Assembly (NCBI RefSeq): GCF_000009045.1
Contig: NC_000964.3
Coordinates: forward strand, 2,460,001 to 2,492,000
DNA: 32,000 nucleotides
Direction of reading: 5' to 3'
Source of the DNA: Bacillus subtilis subsp. subtilis str. 168
Lineage (GTDB): Bacteria > Bacillota > Bacilli > Bacillales > Bacillaceae
The notes under the pieces were generated by a model. It was not told where the DNA came from. It worked only from the letters and a program-made list of their open reading frames with translations, and did no database searches. This document shows positions 8,549 to 19,155 of the stretch, piece by piece. The position numbers were made by a program, and so were the translations under genes. The stretch's first letter is position 1. Each line of letters opens with the position of its first letter.

Positions 8549-9508
8549 TCATACCCTCCTTACCAACACTTCCTCGACCTTATGCCCGTCTCCCTTACGC
8601 AAAATGAGATCTGACCTGAATTTAGTTGGCAAAATATTTTCATATAAATTCGGCCGGTTGACACTCTCCCAAATCGAGGCTGCCATCTCGTCAGCCTCCT
8701 GATCGGACAAGTCTTTAAATTTATGAAAATATGAATCAGGATTTTGAAAAGCTGTTTCCCGAAGCAGGCGAAAACGCTCTAAATACCAAGTGAAAATCCG
8801 GCTTTCCTCCGCATCCACATAAATCGAAAAATCAAAGAAATCGGAAACAAAAATACGCGGGTTTTCCCGGTCATCCTCCAAGGTGGGCGACTGAAGAACA
8901 TTAATGCCTTCAATAATCACAATATCCGCCTGTTCTACAACCTCGAACACACCTTCCTCGCGGTCATAGGTTAGATGGGAATACACCGGGGCCTTTACGC
9001 TGTCCTTTCCTGATTTTAAGTCATTCAAAAATTCGAGCAGCGCCTTTACATCATAGCTTTCAGGAAATCCTTTTCTTGACATCATATTTTTCTTTTTCAG
9101 CTCGGCAGTAGGAAATAAAAAACCATCTGTCGTGATAAGGCTCACTTTTGGACGGTCAGGCAAACGCGAAAGCAGCTTCTGCAAGATCCGCGCCGTCGTG
9201 CTTTTTCCGACTGCGACACTGCCGGCAATGCCGATAATAAACGGAATTTTGGCTGAATGTGGGTGCTTCAAAAAAACATTGACATGCTTATTGCGTTCAG
9301 CCGCAGACTTGACATGTAAATGAAGCAAGCGAACAAGCGGAATATAGATCGTCTCCACTTCTTCAACAGATAGATAATCATTCAATCCTTCCACAGCTTT
9401 TGCCTCTTCTTCAGATACAGCAATCGACAAATGCCCCCCAAAACCAGACCAAGACTCCCGATTGTGCTGTGTATATAAAGTATGTAGGTTAAGTTCTTTA
9501 TTTTTCAC
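8549..9508 (-). CDS. coaA: Type I pantothenate kinase
   Basis: 319 aa; P-loop GIAGSVAVGKSTTARIL, TDGFLFP, KGFPESYD; full CoaA architecture. Confidence 0.96.
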   Translation of the reverse strand: MKNKELNLHTLYTQHNRESWSGFGGHLSIAVSEEEAKAVEGLNDYLSVEEVETIYIPLVRLLHLHVKSAAERNKHVNVFLKHPHSAKIPFIIGIAGSVAVGKSTTARILQKLLSRLPDRPKVSLITTDGFLFPTAELKKKNMMSRKGFPESYDVKALLEFLNDLKSGKDSVKAPVYSHLTYDREEGVFEVVEQADIVIIEGINVLQSPTLEDDRENPRIFVSDFFDFSIYVDAEESRIFTWYLERFRLLRETAFQNPDSYFHKFKDLSDQEADEMAASIWESVNRPNLYENILPTKFRSDLILRKGDGHKVEEVLVRRV

Positions 9509-9579
9509 TGTTTACACCTGACTCTCTGTAGGTTAAAACCCTTACAAAGATTGTAACGGAAAACCTTTTCACTGTCTGC

Positions 9580-10926
9580 TTATTTTTCATTTCGTTTTTT
9601 TAGCAAATCAGCACCGATTCGGTTATACGCAGCCATTTCATCTTTTGGAACCATGCTTCCTCCCGTTCCCCAGACGACATGTACGGCATGTTCCATCTTA
9701 TATTTCTGAGCATAGCGCCTTCCCTCTTCTGTCGAAAAAAGCTGAACCGGCCCGAACATGCCAGCAAGAGCAGAGGGCTCTAAATATTTATCTTCAGATA
9801 CAGCCAGCATATGAAGCAAAGTATAAAGCGTATTGTCCTCTACCGTATAACAGCCGCTCAGAAGCGGTTCAATCAGCTTGCCGACAAATCCTGACGGCCT
9901 CCCTACGGCAAGTCCGTCAGCAGCCGTCTGATTATCCAGGCCGATATCCTGGACGGAGATCTTCTCGTGAAGTCCTGAATAAAGCCCTAACAGCATACAA
10001 GGTGAATGAGTTGGTTCTGCGAAAAACACATGAACATCATCTCCGTATAAAAGCTTCAGCCCAAATGCTACACCGCCCGGTCCTCCGCCGACTCCGCACG
10101 GCAGATACACAAACAAGGGCGTCTCAAGACTTGGCTTTATATTCATACAGTCAAGCTGTGTTTTTAATCGGCTTGCAGCAACAGCATATCCTAAGAACAG
10201 CTGACGAGAATGTTCATCATCAATAAAATAACAGAATGGATCTTGTTCCGCCTGCCGTCTCCCTTCGTTCACCGCTTCACTGTAATCTGTTTCGTACTCC
10301 ATAACAGTGACTCCCTTTTGGCGGAGGAGATCCTTTTTCCACTGCTTAGCATCGGCGGACATATGCACTGTCACGCGAAACCCGAGTGCCGCGCCGATGA
10401 TGCCGATGCTTAAACCTAGATTTCCTGTCGAACCGACAGCAATCGAATAGCGGGAGAAAAACCCGGTAAACCGCTCTTCCTGTAAGATGCGGTAATCATC
10501 GGTTTCCTGAAGCATTCCTTCTTGAAGCGCGAGATTTTCAGCATACTTTAACACTTCATAAATCCCGCCCCTCGCTTTAATCGATCCTGAAATCGGAAGC
10601 TCATGGTCGCACTTTAAAAGCCATCTTCCGGGAAATGGCTGCTGATATGCCGCTTCCAGCTTTCCCTTCATATGCTGCACCTCAAAAAGCGGAGACTCGA
10701 TGATTCCTTTAGCGCCTTTCGTCTCAGGAAACACCTCGGCAATGTAAGGTGCAAACCGCTGCATTCTTTTTTCCGCTTCCGCTATCTCGGTTGCCCACTC
10801 ATCTGCACGGGGTAATGGCCCCTCTTTCTTGCCTGAATTTGCCCAGAATACAGGCTCTGCATCAATCAGTTTCTGAATAAACGGATCTTTAAGCAGAGCA
10901 TGAAGGACTTCTGAATGAACTGACAT
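9580..10926 (-). CDS. dsdA: D-serine dehydratase (PLP-dependent)
   Basis: 448 aa; PLP-lysine region [13 protein letters not shown] and [11 protein letters not shown]; [16 protein letters not shown]. Confidence 0.95.
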   Translation of the reverse strand: MSVHSEVLHALLKDPFIQKLIDAEPVFWANSGKKEGPLPRADEWATEIAEAEKRMQRFAPYIAEVFPETKGAKGIIESPLFEVQHMKGKLEAAYQQPFPGRWLLKCDHELPISGSIKARGGIYEVLKYAENLALQEGMLQETDDYRILQEERFTGFFSRYSIAVGSTGNLGLSIGIIGAALGFRVTVHMSADAKQWKKDLLRQKGVTVMEYETDYSEAVNEGRRQAEQDPFCYFIDDEHSRQLFLGYAVAASRLKTQLDCMNIKPSLETPLFVYLPCGVGGGPGGVAFGLKLLYGDDVHVFFAEPTHSPCMLLGLYSGLHEKISVQDIGLDNQTAADGLAVGRPSGFVGKLIEPLLSGCYTVEDNTLYTLLHMLAVSEDKYLEPSALAGMFGPVQLFSTEEGRRYAQKYKMEHAVHVVWGTGGSMVPKDEMAAYNRIGADLLKKRNEK

Positions 10927-11001
10927 TCAACAATCTCTCCCTTCCACTATCAAAAACTGCCCCGTGAGAAACAAGCCACTCCACCACAGGCAGTTCTATC
11001 A

Positions 11002-11781
11002 TTATTTTTTCATGAGCGCGCGTCCTGCCAGCTTTTCTACAAGAGCTGGAAACAGCTGATACAGCTTAGTGCCGGCATTCATTAAACGCGGAAGATTGAT
11101 CTCCCGCTTTTTCGTAAAAATTGCAGCTGTAATTTGAGCTGCCACGTCATCAGGATCAAGCATCCAGCGGCCGACATTTTTGGCGTAGTCCCCGCCTTTA
11201 TCAGCAATGGAAAAAAAGTCCGTCTGAATCGGGCCCGGGTTGACTGTTGTCACATAAATGCCGGTTCCCGAAAGCTCCATCCGCAAAGCGTTTGAGTAAC
11301 CTAACACGGCATGTTTGGTCGCGGAATACAGGCTAGACTTCGGTGTGGCGATTTTCCCCGCTTGAGAGGCGATATTGATGATATGTCCCTTTTTTTGCTC
11401 AAGCATTTGCGGAAGCACCGCTTTTGTACAGGCGATCAGGCCGAAGACATTCACATCAAACATCGCTTTCATGTCATCCAATGTAGAGTCTAAAACCGTT
11501 TCAAATATACCGAAGCCTGCATTGTTAATCAGTACATCAATCGAGCCGATCTGATCGCGGACCCGGGCGATATCCTCTAGGCGGCCGACATCCAGAGGAA
11601 AAATCTCACACTGTCCGCTCCATTCCTCGGTTATTTTCCTTTTGATTTCTATCAAACGATCCTCGCGTCTAGCCGACAGCAGGACATGGGCTCCTTCAGC
11701 CGCGCATAAGTATGCGATTCTTTCTCCAAGCCCTCCTGAAGCGCCGGTTATCCAAATCCTTTTTCCCGCTATATGTTTCAC
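11002..11781 (-). CDS. yqjQ: Short-chain dehydrogenase/reductase
   Basis: [35 protein letters not shown] start (VKHIAGKR) chosen by spacing from AGAGGTG; 11790 is the alternative. Confidence 0.88.
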
Positions 11782-11786
11782 CCATT

Positions 11787-12746
11787 TCACCTCTTCATTG
11801 TTTTAAAGTATACGGTATTTCCTTCCCAATATGACGTGATGGCTTCTTCAGCCTCCAACACATCAAGGTGACCTGCCGTTTCTGACATCGTTAAAAACAA
11901 TTCCTTTTCATATACAGCAGGAAAAAGCTGCTGACAGACCTGAAAAGCGGTCATCGGCTTTTCATCCAGCATGCGACGCACATCCTCCGTCCTGTTCCTC
12001 TGCTTGTCAAAACGCTTCTCAATCAGCGCTTGTACACTGGTGATAGGCTCGCCGTGACCAGGAAATACGATTGTTGGATCAAGTTGAGACAGCCTTCGCA
12101 ATGACCGCTGATAATCCACTAAAGGCTTTGACCTGACGTCTCCCGCTTTCGGCGCTTCCAAAATCGGATTAGACGAGCTGTTTGCCAGCAGTAGATCGCC
12201 GCCAAGCATCCTTCCGCTTTTTTCATGGAACAGAACAATATGCGATTCAGCATGTCCAGGCATCTCCAACACAGACCAGCCCTCAAGCCCATCTATGCCC
12301 ATACCTTCTCTGATTGATTTTGTCAGAGATCTCGTACAGGAAAATGCGTACGCTGATCGAATCAGCTTTTCCGCCTTCCCCGTATCAAATGGAACGCCTA
12401 ATTCAGGCAGCAGCTTTTGAAAAAAACGTTTTTGCCAATCCATAAAGGCTTGATTTTGGCTGATATAAGGTTCGTTGAATGTATGCCCAATCACTTCGAT
12501 TTCATCTGAAAAGACATCAAGCAAGCCTGCATGATCAGCATGATGGTGAGTCAGTACAACCTGCTCGATATCTGACAATTTCACATTTACAGCGGCAAGC
12601 TGCTCTTGTAAGGCTCTGGCAGCCTCTTTTGTATTCGGCCCGGCATCGATAAGTGTCAGCGCATCACCTTTTACGAGGTAAACGATAACATCGCCGACAG
12701 CAAACGGTGTCGGGACGCGGATCGCAATTACATCTTCAGTTGTCAT
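11787..12746 (-). CDS. yqjP: Metallo-beta-lactamase fold hydrolase
   Basis: [30 protein letters not shown]. Start at [11 protein letters not shown] after AAGGAGCG. Confidence 0.9.
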   Translation of the reverse strand: MTTEDVIAIRVPTPFAVGDVIVYLVKGDALTLIDAGPNTKEAARALQEQLAAVNVKLSDIEQVVLTHHHADHAGLLDVFSDEIEVIGHTFNEPYISQNQAFMDWQKRFFQKLLPELGVPFDTGKAEKLIRSAYAFSCTRSLTKSIREGMGIDGLEGWSVLEMPGHAESHIVLFHEKSGRMLGGDLLLANSSSNPILEAPKAGDVRSKPLVDYQRSLRRLSQLDPTIVFPGHGEPITSVQALIEKRFDKQRNRTEDVRRMLDEKPMTAFQVCQQLFPAVYEKELFLTMSETAGHLDVLEAEEAITSYWEGNTVYFKTMKR

Positions 12747-12844
12747 CCTTTCGCTCCTTGTCTTCATTCATTATTCATATTTTAGCTTTTTCTCGGTCTT
12801 GTGTCATTATTGCAGAATGAGAACAAACCTTTTTGAAAAAGCTA

Positions 12845-12874
12845 TTGACATTAGCTTGTCCGCCATTGCATAAT
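12845..12874 (+). promoter_or_regulatory. Probable SigA promoter for the proI T-box transcript
   Basis: TTGACA (12845-12850) and CATAAT (12869-12874), 18 bp spacer. Confidence 0.65.
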
Positions 12875-12913
12875 GAACAACAAACTAAAACGAGAACCAT
12901 TGGAACGCTATGA

Positions 12914-13124
12914 CGAGGAATAGTATACAAGGCAATGGCCTAAGAGAGCGATACCCCCGGCTGAAAGGTGTTGCGGCCCGCTTGTTTGTAGAACCTGCCC
13001 TCAAGTCGCGGTTAGGAAAACCTAAACGTTTCCCGCGTTACGGGGATTTGAGCTGAGCACAATTTGTGCTAATGAGGGTGGTACCGCGAACCTTTTCGTC
13101 CTTTACGTGATGAAAAGGTTTTTT
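12914..13124 (+). promoter_or_regulatory. T-box riboswitch, proline-specific (CCU specifier at 12994-12996), controlling proI
   Basis: Stem I with ACAAG/CTTGT and GAGG/CCTC pairing, GAA-CCT-G in the specifier loop, canonical AATGAGGGTGGTACCGCG at 13071-13088, then terminator AACCTTTTC...GAAAAGGTTTTTT. Confidence 0.95.
13089..13124 (+). terminator. T-box regulated intrinsic terminator
   Basis: AACCTTTTC (13089-13097) / GAAAAGGTT (13112-13120) followed by T run. Confidence 0.9.
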
Positions 13125-13150
13125 GTTGTTCTAATAGAAGGAGGATATCA

Positions 13151-13987
13151 ATGAAAAAGATAGGATTTGTCGGCGCCGGGTCAATGGCAGAAGCAATGAT
13201 CAACGGCATTTTGCAAAGCGGCATCACAAAACCAGAACATATCTATATTACAAATCGCTCAAATGACGAGCGTCTGATTGAATTAAAGGAAACGTACAGC
13301 GTGCGTCCATGCAGAGATAAAAATGAGTTTTTCACTCACACCGATATCATTATCCTCGCTTTCAAACCGAAAGACGCGGCGGAAAGCATCGACAGCATCC
13401 GGCCGTATATCAAGGACCAGCTTGTCATTTCAGTACTTGCAGGCCTTACCATCGAAACCATTCAGCATTATTTTGGCAGAAAGCTCGCGGTCATTCGCGT
13501 CATGCCTAATACATCAGCGGCAATCAGAAAATCAGCAACCGGATTTTCCGTAAGCACGGAAGCAAGCAAGAATGATATTATTGCCGCAAAAGCTCTATTG
13601 GAAACAATCGGTGATGCAACACTGGTTGAGGAGCGGCATCTTGACGCTGTCACTGCAATCGCAGGCAGCGGCCCGGCCTATGTGTATCGTTATATTGAGG
13701 CGATGGAAAAAGCAGCACAAAAAGTAGGATTAGATAAAGAAACGGCAAAAGCACTCATTTTGCAGACAATGGCAGGGGCAACAGATATGCTCCTCCAAAG
13801 CGGCAAACAGCCGGAAAAGCTGCGTAAAGAAATCACCAGTCCTGGGGGCACTACAGAGGCAGGTCTTCGCGCTTTACAGGACTCCCGCTTTGAAGAAGCA
13901 ATTATTCACTGTATTGAAGAAACAGCTAAACGGAGCGCAGAAATCAAAGAACAGTTTGCCGGTGCCGCCTTAGAGAGACATTCTTAG
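13151..13987 (+). CDS. proI: Pyrroline-5-carboxylate reductase
   Basis: 278 aa; GFVGAGSMAEAMINGI, VIRVMPNTSA, TAIAGSGPAYVYRYIEAM, SPGGTTEAGLRAL. Confidence 0.95.
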   Translation: MKKIGFVGAGSMAEAMINGILQSGITKPEHIYITNRSNDERLIELKETYSVRPCRDKNEFFTHTDIIILAFKPKDAAESIDSIRPYIKDQLVISVLAGLTIETIQHYFGRKLAVIRVMPNTSAAIRKSATGFSVSTEASKNDIIAAKALLETIGDATLVEERHLDAVTAIAGSGPAYVYRYIEAMEKAAQKVGLDKETAKALILQTMAGATDMLLQSGKQPEKLRKEITSPGGTTEAGLRALQDSRFEEAIIHCIEETAKRSAEIKEQFAGAALERHS

Positions 13988-13997
13988 ATGTAAGGAC

Positions 13998-14027
13998 AAA
14001 AACAGAAGGCACAGTGCCTTCTGTTTT
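13998..14027. terminator. Bidirectional intrinsic terminator between proI and yqjN
   Basis: AAAAACAGAAGGCA-CAG-TGCCTTCTGTTTTT perfect inverted repeat. Confidence 0.9.
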
Positions 14028-15671
14028 TTATTTTTCCCGCAGCAGCTGGCCGGCAGATTCTGATTGCTTTAATAGCGCGGAGATCGTAAATGAAAGCAAA
14101 TCGGGAAGCACTTCAAAGGAATAAGGCATATACAATCTTTCCGTCCATTTATGCGGGTCTTTACCAGCCGGACCGACATTTAAAACTGGGACATATAAAG
14201 CCTGATTTTTACCGCTTGGCAATGAATACCCTCTGTTAAAGAGCGGCATATTGCTTGTGTATGCATCAACCTCCTGTTTTTCCAGCTGAAGATAACTCAA
14301 GTCCGAAAGTCCGGGGAAGTACTGAACCTCCCGTAATGCAATGCCGTATCGCTCAGCCGCATAATGCTTTATCTGATCTGCTGTATTTCTGATCAATTGA
14401 TCATCCTTTGAAGAAACAGCTGGATAAAGCGGCGGACTATAAAACAGAACGATGAGCGGCGCATCCTCCTTACAAAGCGAAGCAAGCTCAGAAACAATTT
14501 TCGTCGAAAAATCCCTGTCTCCAAGCTCCCCCCTGTTAGCAAAGGCATAATTTAGAGCCCGCTCTGTTTCCGAGATCCCCGCACGCTTTTTTGCACGCGA
14601 GACCAGCTCATCAAATGTCAAAACAGTGACGTCCCGCTCAATCGGCTGAAATGGCTCAAATTGTTGAAAATCCTGTGTTTTCTTCCGAACGTTCGACATG
14701 ATTTCCTCCGCCGCCTGTTCTGCTGTTTTAAGCAGCATCTGATGCAGCTCACTAGCTGAGCGTTTCATTGACAGCACATTAAATAATGTGACGGCTGTAT
14801 GCGGTGTCTGGACTGAATATGCCTCTTTCAAGTCCTTTTGCATTAAGTTTACCGGCGGCGGAGTGACCTCGCCATCAACCTTTTCGCAATAATCAGCATT
14901 CAGTTCAAGCAAACGGTTAATCTCAGATACCATTAAATTTGCGTTTAGACCTGAAAACGGCTCTCCAACATGTGTCTCAATCCCCTTGCAGAAAAAACCC
15001 GCAAGCACCTTGCCAATGCTTCCTGTATAAAAATATTGCTGCTGATCGCCGGGAAATTTTTCAAACATCGGTTCGGCATTCAGGCAAGCGGTTAATGTGA
15101 TATCATGCTTTTTCTCCATCTCCTTCAATGCAGGAACCGCTTCAATCATGCCTCTTGAATTCACTTCCTCGTCCGGAACCGTTATCAACAGCAGATTGCC
15201 CTCAAAATGCCCGTTCATTGCCCTCTCCAGCATCGACAGTTGAATACAAAGCCCCGCTTTCATATCCATCGTCCCTCTTCCGAACAGCCAGTCTCCGCTT
15301 TCGGCATCTCTTCTCACACGTTCCGGGAGCAGCTCTTTTTTCTCTAAAAAGGAGCTCAAAAGCTCAGCAGGCTTGCAAGCCATATGTTTAAATTCGCCGT
15401 AATCTTCTATGTCAACGACATCAAAATGACTCAGCAGAAGCACTGTCTTTTTGACATTCTTCTTTTTGACTAGAGCCGTAAGAAAAGATCTGCCATCGTC
15501 CATCGGATGAAGTGTTACATCATCAGGGTGCTTTTGAAAATAGGGCTTGTCCTTCAAAATAAAATAAAGATACTCTGCAAGCGCTACCTCGCCCTTTGAA
15601 CCGGTGATGCTTTCGTATTGCACAAGAGAAGTTAAAAGTGCCAGCAATTCGTCCTTCGTCTGCCAATTCAT
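14028..15671 (-). CDS. yqjN: M20-family amidohydrolase/peptidase, RocB-like
   Basis: 547 aa from MNWQTKDELLALLTSLVQYES; LSHFDVVDIEDYG, FGRGTMDMKAGLC, VTVPDEEVNSRG. Start follows AGGAGGGG. Confidence 0.88.
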   Translation of the reverse strand: MNWQTKDELLALLTSLVQYESITGSKGEVALAEYLYFILKDKPYFQKHPDDVTLHPMDDGRSFLTALVKKKNVKKTVLLLSHFDVVDIEDYGEFKHMACKPAELLSSFLEKKELLPERVRRDAESGDWLFGRGTMDMKAGLCIQLSMLERAMNGHFEGNLLLITVPDEEVNSRGMIEAVPALKEMEKKHDITLTACLNAEPMFEKFPGDQQQYFYTGSIGKVLAGFFCKGIETHVGEPFSGLNANLMVSEINRLLELNADYCEKVDGEVTPPPVNLMQKDLKEAYSVQTPHTAVTLFNVLSMKRSASELHQMLLKTAEQAAEEIMSNVRKKTQDFQQFEPFQPIERDVTVLTFDELVSRAKKRAGISETERALNYAFANRGELGDRDFSTKIVSELASLCKEDAPLIVLFYSPPLYPAVSSKDDQLIRNTADQIKHYAAERYGIALREVQYFPGLSDLSYLQLEKQEVDAYTSNMPLFNRGYSLPSGKNQALYVPVLNVGPAGKDPHKWTERLYMPYSFEVLPDLLSFTISALLKQSESAGQLLREK

Positions 15672-15800
15672 TGATTCCGCCCCTCCTATGAATAAAAATG
15701 CTTCTATACTGAAAAATAAACTGATTTCTCGTCTATTATACAGAAATGTTTGACAAAAGCGGTTCATTTGAGCAGTTTATATGACGGGAAAGAAATGACT

Positions 15801-15809
15801 TGATATAAT
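15801..15809 (+). promoter_or_regulatory. Extended -10 promoter element for namA
   Basis: TGATATAAT, with weak ATGACG at -35 (15781-15786). Confidence 0.5.
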
Positions 15810-15842
15810 CAATCTCTAAAAACCTTACGGGAGGCGAAAGAA

Positions 15843-16859
15843 ATGGCCAGAAAATTATTTACACCTATTACAATTAAAGATATGACGTTAAAAAACCGCA
15901 TTGTCATGTCGCCAATGTGCATGTATTCTTCTCATGAAAAGGACGGAAAATTAACACCGTTCCACATGGCACATTACATATCGCGCGCAATCGGCCAGGT
16001 CGGACTGATTATTGTAGAGGCGTCAGCGGTTAACCCTCAAGGACGAATCACTGACCAAGACTTAGGCATTTGGAGCGACGAGCATATTGAAGGCTTTGCA
16101 AAACTGACTGAGCAGGTCAAAGAACAAGGTTCAAAAATCGGCATTCAGCTTGCCCATGCCGGACGTAAAGCTGAGCTTGAAGGAGATATCTTCGCTCCAT
16201 CGGCGATTGCGTTTGACGAACAATCAGCAACACCTGTAGAAATGTCAGCAGAAAAAGTAAAAGAAACGGTCCAGGAGTTCAAGCAAGCGGCTGCCCGCGC
16301 AAAAGAAGCCGGCTTTGATGTGATTGAAATTCATGCGGCGCACGGATATTTAATTCATGAATTTTTGTCTCCGCTTTCCAACCATCGAACAGATGAATAT
16401 GGCGGCTCACCTGAAAACCGCTATCGTTTCTTGAGAGAGATCATTGATGAAGTCAAACAAGTATGGGACGGTCCTTTATTTGTCCGTGTATCTGCTTCTG
16501 ACTACACTGATAAAGGCTTAGACATTGCCGATCACATCGGTTTTGCAAAATGGATGAAGGAGCAGGGTGTTGACTTAATTGACTGCAGCTCAGGCGCCCT
16601 TGTTCACGCAGACATTAACGTATTCCCTGGCTATCAGGTCAGCTTCGCTGAGAAAATCCGTGAACAGGCGGACATGGCTACTGGTGCCGTCGGCATGATT
16701 ACAGACGGTTCAATGGCTGAAGAAATTCTGCAAAACGGACGTGCCGACCTCATCTTTATCGGCAGAGAGCTTTTGCGGGATCCATTTTTTGCAAGAACTG
16801 CTGCGAAACAGCTCAATACAGAGATTCCGGCCCCTGTTCAATACGAAAGAGGCTGGTAA
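15843..16859 (+). CDS. namA: Old yellow enzyme family NAD(P)H dehydrogenase / ene-reductase
   Basis: 338 aa; [50 protein letters not shown]. Confidence 0.95.
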
Positions 16860-16866
16860 TGCCCAT

Positions 16867-16900
16867 AAGAGATATCCTGTAGAGGATATCTCTTTTTTTA
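16867..16900 (+). terminator. Intrinsic terminator after namA
   Basis: AAGAGATATCC tgtaga GGATATCTCTTTTTTT. Confidence 0.9.
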
Positions 16901-16908
16901 TTTTTAGA

Positions 16909-16934
16909 GAAACGATCGGCTAAGGTTCTCCGTC
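16909..16934 (+). promoter_or_regulatory. Possible ECF sigma (SigW/M/X-type) promoter for yqjL
   Basis: GAAAC (16909-16913) - 17 bp - CGTC (16931-16934). Confidence 0.45.
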
Positions 16935-16968
16935 TCCCTAGTAGAACCAATTAGAGGAGATGACTCCA

Positions 16969-17730
16969 ATGAAATCAGCTTGGATGGAAAAGACATATAC
17001 AATTGACGGATGTGCGTTTCATACACAGCACCGGAAAGGATCAAGCGGTGTAACGATTGTCTTTGAGGCCGGCTATGGTACTTCTTCTGAGACGTGGAAA
17101 CCATTAATGGCGGACATTGATGATGAATTTGGCATTTTCACATATGATCGGGCAGGCATAGGAAAAAGCGGGCAAAGCAGAGCTAAACGAACAGCTGATC
17201 AACAAGTGAAAGAATTGGAGAGTTTGCTTAAAGCAGCTGATGTAAAACCTCCTTATTTGGCTGTTTCACACTCATACGGAGCTGTCATCACCGGTTTATG
17301 GGCCTGCAAAAACAAGCATGATATTATCGGCATGGTCCTTCTTGACCCAGCTTTAGGCGATTGCGCCAGCTTTACCTTTATACCCGAAGAAATGCACAAA
17401 TCACATACGAGAAAGATGATGCTTGAGGGCACACATGCAGAGTTTTCAAAAAGTCTGCAGGAGCTCAAAAAGCGGCAAGTCCACTTAGGAAACATGCCTC
17501 TTCTTGTGTTGTCATCAGGAGAACGGACTGAGAAATTCGCTGCTGAACAGGAGTGGCAAAACTTGCACAGCAGCATATTGTCTCTATCTAACCAAAGCGG
17601 CTGGATTCAAGCTAAAAACAGCTCCCACAACATCCATCATGATGAACCTCATATCGTTCACTTGGCTATTTATGACGTATGGTGCGCAGCGTGCCAGCAG
17701 GCCGCTCCTCTTTACCAGGCAGTCAATTAA
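16969..17730 (+). CDS. yqjL: Alpha/beta hydrolase
   Basis: 253 aa from MKSAWMEKTYTI; FEAGYGTSSETWKPL, VSHSYGAVITG. The 16960 ATG is a possible alternative start. Confidence 0.88.
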   Translation: MKSAWMEKTYTIDGCAFHTQHRKGSSGVTIVFEAGYGTSSETWKPLMADIDDEFGIFTYDRAGIGKSGQSRAKRTADQQVKELESLLKAADVKPPYLAVSHSYGAVITGLWACKNKHDIIGMVLLDPALGDCASFTFIPEEMHKSHTRKMMLEGTHAEFSKSLQELKKRQVHLGNMPLLVLSSGERTEKFAAEQEWQNLHSSILSLSNQSGWIQAKNSSHNIHHDEPHIVHLAIYDVWCAACQQAAPLYQAVN

Positions 17731-17736
17731 CGTAAA

Positions 17737-17770
17737 AAAAGACCGGGCCGTAAGGGATTCCCGGTCTTTT
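17737..17770. terminator. Bidirectional intrinsic terminator
   Basis: AAAAGACCGGG ... CCCGGTCTTTT, between yqjL and the minus-strand L33 pseudogene. Confidence 0.85.
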
Positions 17771-17773
17771 ATA

Positions 17774-17924
17774 TTATTTTGTTTCACGGTGAAGGGTATA
17801 TTTCTTTAAACGCGGTGAATATTTTTTCAGCTCCAAACGGTCTGGATTGGTGCGTTTATTTTTTGTTGTGATGTAATTTCGGTCTCCCGTTTCAGTGCAA
17901 AGCTAAAGTAACATTTACTCTCAT
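17774..17924 (-). pseudogene. rpmGC: Ribosomal protein L33, zinc-independent paralogue, inactivated by a +1 frameshift
   Basis: Minus strand reads MRVNVTLA then shifts to [41 protein letters not shown]-stop. One extra A/T in the run at 17899-17901 breaks the frame after codon 8. Good AAGGAG Shine-Dalgarno. Confidence 0.93.
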
Positions 17925-17940
17925 AATTAACATCTCCTTA

Positions 17941-17963
17941 TAAAACGTAATGATTACGTTTTA
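17941..17963. promoter_or_regulatory. Zur (zinc uptake repressor) operator
   Basis: TAAAACGTAATGATTACGTTTTA: perfect 11-bp arms around one centre base, matching the Zur-box pattern, next to the minus-strand -10. Confidence 0.88.
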
Positions 17964-17990
17964 TTATACAACGTCATCACAAATTGTCAA
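17963..17990 (-). promoter_or_regulatory. SigA promoter for rpmGC
   Basis: Minus strand TTGACA (17990-17985), 16 bp, TATAAT (17968-17963). Confidence 0.8.
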
Positions 17991-18005
17991 ATAAGAGCTC
18001 CGCCT

Positions 18006-18929
18006 TCAGCCTCGCGGGACGTTTACCTCTAAGAAATCATATGCCGCCACGCTATTGGGGAAAACGTCAACCGCTTCTTTTTGAAGCTCCAAAGAAGCAT
18101 CTCCCTGATATCTTGCGCTGATATGGGTTAAAATGAGCTGCTTCGCTCTTGCTTCTTTCGCTGTTACAGCCGCTTGTTCCGTTGTACTGTGATAATAATC
18201 ATAAGCAAGTTTACGGTCTTCCTTAGCAAAGGTTGCTTCATGAACAAGCACATCACAATCCCTCGCAAGCTCTTTTAGTTTGTCACTTACTCTCGTATCA
18301 CCGGAGAACACAACAGATCTTCCCTTTTTAGGAGGCTCCAGAAAATCATTCCCATTGATGATTCGTCCGTCTTCAAGCGTTACCGTTTCGCCTTTTTTGA
18401 TTTTCTGATATACAGGTCCGGGCGGGATGTTCATTTCTTTTAATACGTCAGCCTTCAAGGAACCCGGTACGTCTTTTTCCTGCACACGGTACCCGAAGGC
18501 TTCCACTCCATGAATAACAGATACCGCTGTGACAATAAACTGATCGTCCTCAAACACGATTCCTTCTTCAATTTCCTGGATCGCAAGCGGATATGTCAAA
18601 TGGGTTTTCGTGACGGCAAGGCTTGTTTCAATAAACGCCTTGATCCCTTTAGGTCCGTACACTGTCAGCTCGTCCTCTCCGCCTTGAAAGGAACGGCTCC
18701 CCAGAAGCCCCGGAAGTCCGTATACATGATCGCCGTGCATGTGTGTAATAAAGATTTTCTCTATTTTACGAGGTTTAATCGTTGTATGTAAAATTTGATG
18801 CTGTGTGGCTTCCCCGCAGTCAAAAAGCCATACCGAACGCCTTTCTTCAAGCAATTTTAATGCCACCGACGTTACATTTCTCGCCTTGGCGGGGATGCCG
18901 GCTCCCGTCCCTAAAAAAAGTAATTCCAC
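18006..18929 (-). CDS. rnz: Ribonuclease Z
   Basis: 307 aa; [49 protein letters not shown]. Confidence 0.95.
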   Translation of the reverse strand: MELLFLGTGAGIPAKARNVTSVALKLLEERRSVWLFDCGEATQHQILHTTIKPRKIEKIFITHMHGDHVYGLPGLLGSRSFQGGEDELTVYGPKGIKAFIETSLAVTKTHLTYPLAIQEIEEGIVFEDDQFIVTAVSVIHGVEAFGYRVQEKDVPGSLKADVLKEMNIPPGPVYQKIKKGETVTLEDGRIINGNDFLEPPKKGRSVVFSGDTRVSDKLKELARDCDVLVHEATFAKEDRKLAYDYYHSTTEQAAVTAKEARAKQLILTHISARYQGDASLELQKEAVDVFPNSVAAYDFLEVNVPRG

Positions 18930-19155
18930 GTTTCCTTCCTCCTACTAGAACCAGATACCTACAAGAATACAGGATCAAGCGGAAAATGTGAATCTTGCCT
19001 CTGAAAAGAACAATCCTTTCGTGCTAGAAACATTTTTTCAGCATTCTGCTTAAAAAAGGGCTTAAATGTTTGCTTTCGTTGAATTTTAGATTTAAAATGA
19101 AGGAAATATACGGGGTGTACTAAAATAAAGCTTCGAATAAAGTGAGGTACTTTTA

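Noticed and set aside
9645-10226. 193-aa plus-strand ORF opposite dsdA
   Set aside because: Antisense shadow ORF of a well-supported D-serine dehydratase gene; composition is not protein-like.
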